From: an uncultured Ruminococcus sp.
GTDB lineage: Bacteria; Bacillota; Clostridia; Oscillospirales; CAG-272
Direction: 5' to 3'
Assembly (NCBI GenBank): GCA_964621755.1
Contig: CAZUPI010000007.1
Span: 7,016 to 71,015 of the forward strand
DNA: 64,000 bases
The position numbers and the translations under genes were made by a program. Below, piece after piece: positions 60,018 through 64,000 of this stretch; within the stretch, counting starts at the first letter, position 1, and each line of letters starts with the position of its first letter. Below the pieces are notes generated by a model, which saw only the letters and a program-made list of their open reading frames with translations, had not been told where the DNA came from and did no database searches.

Positions 60018-62522
60018 ATGATTTACTACATAGACCCAATACACGGTATGGATTCGGCGGATGGGACATTCCCTGAAAAGGCGCGGCGCAGCTATACGGA
60101 TATAGCACTGCAGCCCGGTGACACGGTTCTGTTTAAGCGCGGCAGCTTCATCCGTGACTGTCTGTACCGCAAGAGTGGTACGCCTGAAAAGCCAATTACT
60201 TACGGTGCATATGGAGAGGGCGAAAATCCGGTGTTCTGCGGCTCAATTGATGTGAGCGCTCCTGAAAAATGGACGGAAATCCGTCCGAATGTGTGGAAGT
60301 ACACCGACTCTTTGCCAAGCGAAGCATGTAATTTTATTTACGATAACGGCAGAATGGGCGCGACCCTGCGTTGGGAGGAAAATCTGCTATCCGCACAGGG
60401 GGATTGGTACGATAGCCGCATGGGTTTACGGGAGAACGGAAAAAAGCCTGTGGAGGAAAAAGTTCTACTGTACTCTGAGGGGAATCCCGGAAAGGTTTAT
60501 TCTCATATCGAATGCGCAGTCTGGGGGCAGCGTAACCTGTCGCAAAACACAAACTGCACGACCTGCGAAGACTTGTGCTTCTTCGGCAGCGGCGTTCACG
60601 CACTGTCGGGCGGCGGCGACCACATCACAGTCAGACGGTGCTCGTTCTGCTTTATCGGCGGCGCAGTCTGGAACCGTCAGTTGAAAATCCGCTTTGGCAA
60701 CGCCATCGAATTCTGGAACCATGGTGAGGATATCCGAATCGAGGACTGTTATTTCAACAATATTTACGATTCCTGCATCACACATCAGGGAGCCGGAGAT
60801 TGTGAACCTGCGAAAAATCTGGTCATGCGCCACAACCTGTTTGTCAATTATGGTATGGGCGCGTATGAAGGACGAGACCGCATGTCAATTGCTTCCGCGT
60901 TTAACGACAACATCTGCCTGTATGCGGGCGGCGGCTTTTCCGCCTTCGGGGACACTTTGCCGAGAAATTCTGAAATCTATCCGCAGCCCATGGGACATCA
61001 TTTGTTTATGTGGAGAATCCCCAAGCCGACTGAGAACGGCTGTCTTGAGGTTGCCGGAAACCTCTTCTATGAGGCCACGGGCGCCGCAATGTACGCCATC
61101 ATCTCTCCCGAAGCGGACGCACAGATGTACTTGCATGACAACCGATATTATACTTCAAACAAAACGCTGCTGACTCATATTCGTGGAAAGAGTTACTCTC
61201 CTGATGATTTTGATACATATCTTTCCGAATACGGCGAAGCGGGTGCAAAATACCAAAGTCTCGACATCGCCGCCGAGGTTGAACAGTGGTTCAAGGAAAC
61301 TGGATGCGGCAGATACGGCGCAAAGCTGTTCACAGATAAGCTTCCGCCCCAGCGGTATTTTGTCGGCTCTACGGAAAAGGACGCACTGTCATATGCGGTC
61401 GGCGAGGACATGTGGTTCCGTCTCACATTGACAGAGGAGGGAACCCCGGTGACTTGTCCGAACTTCAAGTATGTCTGCCGCGGCGATGACGGCAAACACA
61501 GCGAAGGTGTTGTGGACGGTACCAGCGGCAGATTTGAGCTTCATACCTCAGTCGATGTGCCGGGTTATGTCCACTTGATTGTAACTGCATGCGACGAAAA
61601 CGGCAAACCACTGCGGGGATACGACGTGTTTGAAGGCGGTGCATGTGCCGGATTTGACGAAATCAAGACTTCTCAAAAAGAACCAGACGATTTTGACACA
61701 TTCTGGAATCGCGTCATCCATGACGAGCTTGACCCAGTTGCTCCCGTGACGATAGAAAAGCACGAATTCCACTGCGGCGACCCGGGAGATATCGTGTACG
61801 ATGTGAAAATTGCGTGCCCTGGCCCCAATCCGGTCTCGGGATATCTGCGTATGCCGCGAAATGCGGGAGAAAAGTCCCTGCCCATCGTGGTCGGTTATAT
61901 GGGTTATAATGTATCGAGCGCCAATATTCCCACAAAATCCGAAGCCATCCAGCTTAATATCAATCAGCACGGTATTGTAAATGGAGAAACATTCGAATAT
62001 TATCAGCAGCTTTTTGGAACGACGTACCGCGACTTCGGCTTCAATCGAGAAGAAAATAAGAATCCCGACACCGTATACTTCAAATACATGGTTCTTCGCG
62101 CTTTGCAGGCGATTCGCTACTGCAAGACTTTGCCGGAATGGGACGGACAAAATATCGCAGCACGCGGGGGAAGCATGGGAGCATTTCAGGCCACTTCAGC
62201 TGCGGCATGGGATAAGGACGTCACATGCCTCGAAATCCAGATTCCGTGGATGTGCGATTTGCACGGCATAGAAACTGGCAGGCTCGGCGGATGGCGTCCC
62301 GCATGCGATAAGGGGCTCGATTATTACGATACGGTCTTTCAGGGCCGCCGCGTCACCTGTGACACCTATCTTTATGCAGGACTTGGCGACTATATATGCC
62401 CGCCGTCCGGTGTAACCGCACTTTTCCACAGCATAAGCGGGAAAGCGAGCCTTACTATGATGCAGAATAAAACCCACCCATATACCGCACCGGAATGCAG
62501 TACGTATATGAGAAAAAAATGA
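60018..62522 (+). CDS. Right-handed beta-helix domain protein fused to a CE7-like acetyl esterase (AXE1/cephalosporin-C deacetylase) domain
   Basis: The start was chosen at MIYYIDP (GGAGG RBS). The C-terminal DFDTFWN...GGSMGAF (GxSxG)...GLGDYICPP...KTHPY triad pattern is typical of AXE1. No signal peptide. Confidence 0.7.
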   Translation: MIYYIDPIHGMDSADGTFPEKARRSYTDIALQPGDTVLFKRGSFIRDCLYRKSGTPEKPITYGAYGEGENPVFCGSIDVSAPEKWTEIRPNVWKYTDSLPSEACNFIYDNGRMGATLRWEENLLSAQGDWYDSRMGLRENGKKPVEEKVLLYSEGNPGKVYSHIECAVWGQRNLSQNTNCTTCEDLCFFGSGVHALSGGGDHITVRRCSFCFIGGAVWNRQLKIRFGNAIEFWNHGEDIRIEDCYFNNIYDSCITHQGAGDCEPAKNLVMRHNLFVNYGMGAYEGRDRMSIASAFNDNICLYAGGGFSAFGDTLPRNSEIYPQPMGHHLFMWRIPKPTENGCLEVAGNLFYEATGAAMYAIISPEADAQMYLHDNRYYTSNKTLLTHIRGKSYSPDDFDTYLSEYGEAGAKYQSLDIAAEVEQWFKETGCGRYGAKLFTDKLPPQRYFVGSTEKDALSYAVGEDMWFRLTLTEEGTPVTCPNFKYVCRGDDGKHSEGVVDGTSGRFELHTSVDVPGYVHLIVTACDENGKPLRGYDVFEGGACAGFDEIKTSQKEPDDFDTFWNRVIHDELDPVAPVTIEKHEFHCGDPGDIVYDVKIACPGPNPVSGYLRMPRNAGEKSLPIVVGYMGYNVSSANIPTKSEAIQLNINQHGIVNGETFEYYQQLFGTTYRDFGFNREENKNPDTVYFKYMVLRALQAIRYCKTLPEWDGQNIAARGGSMGAFQATSAAAWDKDVTCLEIQIPWMCDLHGIETGRLGGWRPACDKGLDYYDTVFQGRRVTCDTYLYAGLGDYICPPSGVTALFHSISGKASLTMMQNKTHPYTAPECSTYMRKK

Positions 62523-63517
62523 ATATGAAACGTGAAACAATAAAACAAGCTCTCGCGCATAAAGAGAGCGGCAAAGTTCCATATACTATCATATTAGCGC
62601 CGGAAAGTGTAGAGCCGTATGCGCCAAAGCTGATTGAACGGTATGCAAACGACAAAATCAAAGCCGACTTAGAAGCGGAAAAACTCAATTTAATTGAAGC
62701 TTATTCGCTCGATATTGGAAATTGCATGCTTTATGTCAATTGTCCGTGGTGGGGATGGCACTCCTTCTCCGAGGACTATTCCGCCGAGGAGGCGCCGTCT
62801 CGCTTGCCCTATACGTATGGTTATGGAAGGCTATGAAGGCGCGTTCGAACATTGGAAATACCTCCGTGAAACCTATGACGCATACCTTCTTGTCACGATT
62901 TGGGGCAGCCGCTTTGAAAAAGCTTATTTTGCACGCGGACTTGAAAATTTCCTTGCAGATATTGCGGGAGCACCGGAATTCGCAGCCGATCTGCTGAATA
63001 TGATTATCCGCAAAAATATGGTAATGCTCGAAAACTTTCTTGTGTCCCCGCACATTGACGGCATTCTGCTAGGGTCGGACTGGGGAACACAGCGCGGTAT
63101 GCTTATGTCTCCCAAAGCGTGGACAGAACTGATACGTGACGGAGAACGGCGCGAATATGACTAATACACAATATGAAAAAAGATGTTTTTGTCCATTCAT
63201 GCGGCAAAATCGACGCCATCATTTTTGATTTGTGTGAAATCGGAGTGGATGCGCTCAATCCTGTACAGCCGGAGTGTATGGATATCGCAGAGCTGAAGCG
63301 CACATATGGCGATAAACTCACATTCTTTGGCGGTATCAGTAAACAGCAGCCTCTCCCGAACGGATCACTGGACGAGGTGCGTCGTGAAACGCGCCGAATC
63401 ATCGAGATGATGAGCGTAAACGGATACATCACCGCTCCTTCGCAGGAAATCATGCCGGATGTACCGTTTGAAAATCTGATCGCACTGATTGATACTGCGC
63501 GTGAGTATTATGATTGA
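62519..63517 (+). pseudogene. Uroporphyrinogen-decarboxylase-like (URO-D/MtaA-type) family gene split into three frames
   Basis: The pieces 62519..62836, about 62826..63164 and about 63161..63517 read through as one URO-D-like protein (...GILLGSDWGTQRGMLMSP...VFVHSCGKIDAI...GVDALNPVQPE...). The frameshifts are at about 62822-62840 and about 63159-63163. Confidence 0.7.
62822..62840 (+). repeat. Imperfect short tandem duplication TATGGAAGGC/TATGAAGGC at the first URO-D frameshift
   Basis: Deleting the 10-nt first unit restores ...LPYTYGYEGAFEHWKYL... in a single frame. Confidence 0.75.
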
Positions 63518-63539
63518 TGGGATGTAAACTTAATAAAAA

Positions 63540-63570
63540 AGATGGGGTACTTTTAAAGGGTACTCCATCT
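63540..63570. terminator. Bidirectional terminator between convergent genes
   Basis: AGATGGGGTAC-ttttaaagg-GTACTCCATCT (one mismatch) followed by TTTTC. Confidence 0.6.
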
Positions 63571-63591
63571 TTTCATATTTCTTAATTTTTA

Positions 63592-64000
63592 TCACTTATC
63601 AAACGCTGCCGCGGCGGTGATTCCGGATTTGTAGTTTTCGATATATTTGTCGAATCCTGCTTTACCATCTGCGGTCGGCTGGAGTGTTGTGACCTCCATG
63701 GAACTGAATACGCATTTGTCAAGGAAGTCAGGCAGGGTTTTGCCGTTCTTCAATACCATATACGCCGCAAGGAGGGCCATCCCCCACGCACCGCCTTCGC
63801 CCGCAGTTTTCATGACCGATACGGGAGTATTGAGCCCATCTGCAAGAATCTGCTGTGCCACGCCCTTTGTCTTAAACAATCCGCCGTGACCGGTGAATTT
63901 GTCCGCCGTGACCTTTTCATTGTCAAACAACAGATCCATGCCGATTTTCAGTGCGGCTACTGCGGACACAATTTGTGCGCGGAAGAAATTCGCGAGATTC
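63592..64000 (-). CDS. FGGY-family carbohydrate kinase, C-terminal part (gene continues past window end)
   Basis: ...FTGHGGLFKTKGVAQQILADGLNTPVSVMKTAGEGGAWGMALLAAYM... is the typical FGGY_C ending. The ORF is open to position 64000. Confidence 0.75.
   Translation of the reverse strand, partial: NLANFFRAQIVSAVAALKIGMDLLFDNEKVTADKFTGHGGLFKTKGVAQQILADGLNTPVSVMKTAGEGGAWGMALLAAYMVLKNGKTLPDFLDKCVFSSMEVTTLQPTADGKAGFDKYIENYKSGITAAAAFDK

Noticed and set aside
1-64000. Prophage, integrative element or genomic-island boundaries (for example at tRNA-Thr 42230..42301)
   Set aside because: I found no integrase, transposase, recombinase, phage structural genes or direct repeats duplicating the tRNA 3' end. 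The 0.3-9.3 kb locus is accessory-like in content, but it has no recognisable mobility genes within the window.

Overview
This looks like a chromosomal segment from a Firmicutes/Clostridia-type gut anaerobe. That placement rests on gene content and synteny only; no database search was possible. About 60 genes are supported.

Main blocks:
- 0.3-9.3 kb: an accessory envelope-stress-like locus. It holds an unknown 366-aa protein, two tandem ABC ATPase/permease pairs, a cardiolipin-synthase remnant, and an operon of membrane protein, OmpR-type response regulator, intramembrane-type histidine kinase and membrane protein. All four units sit behind copies of one about 55-bp promoter/operator. Several genes are broken by short tandem duplications or indels.
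- 10.1-15.7 kb: a signal-peptide/SLH surface protein and an operon of ferric-reductase-like membrane protein with two FMN-binding domains, lipoprotein ApbE, NusG-II protein and Gx transporter.
- 15.9-43.9 kb: mostly housekeeping and glycan-utilisation genes (ackA, tmcAL, metG-tatD, nagA, sulfatase, rsmI, ricT, holB, GH29 fucosidase, cysE, tRNA-Thr, UDG, ZIP). This block also has an 838-aa ECF sigma factor with a very large C-terminal extension.
- 44.2-47.9 kb: feoA-feoA-feoB, a Cys-rich peptide gene and a DUF2325 gene.
- 50.6-56.9 kb: two convergent cobalamin-riboswitch-controlled nucleotide-loop/salvage operons.
- 57.0-59.6 kb: one ORF fusing a TetM/EF-G-like translational GTPase to a Rae1/YacP-type NYN RNase domain.

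Most notable observations:
- the GTPase-NYN fusion;
- an 18-bp palindrome (RGTTAG-N6-CTAACY) shared by the feo genes, the flavin-reductase operon and the SLH protein gene;
- the four-promoter regulon, with reversible-looking tandem-duplication knockouts.

No CRISPR array, transposase or integrase was seen.
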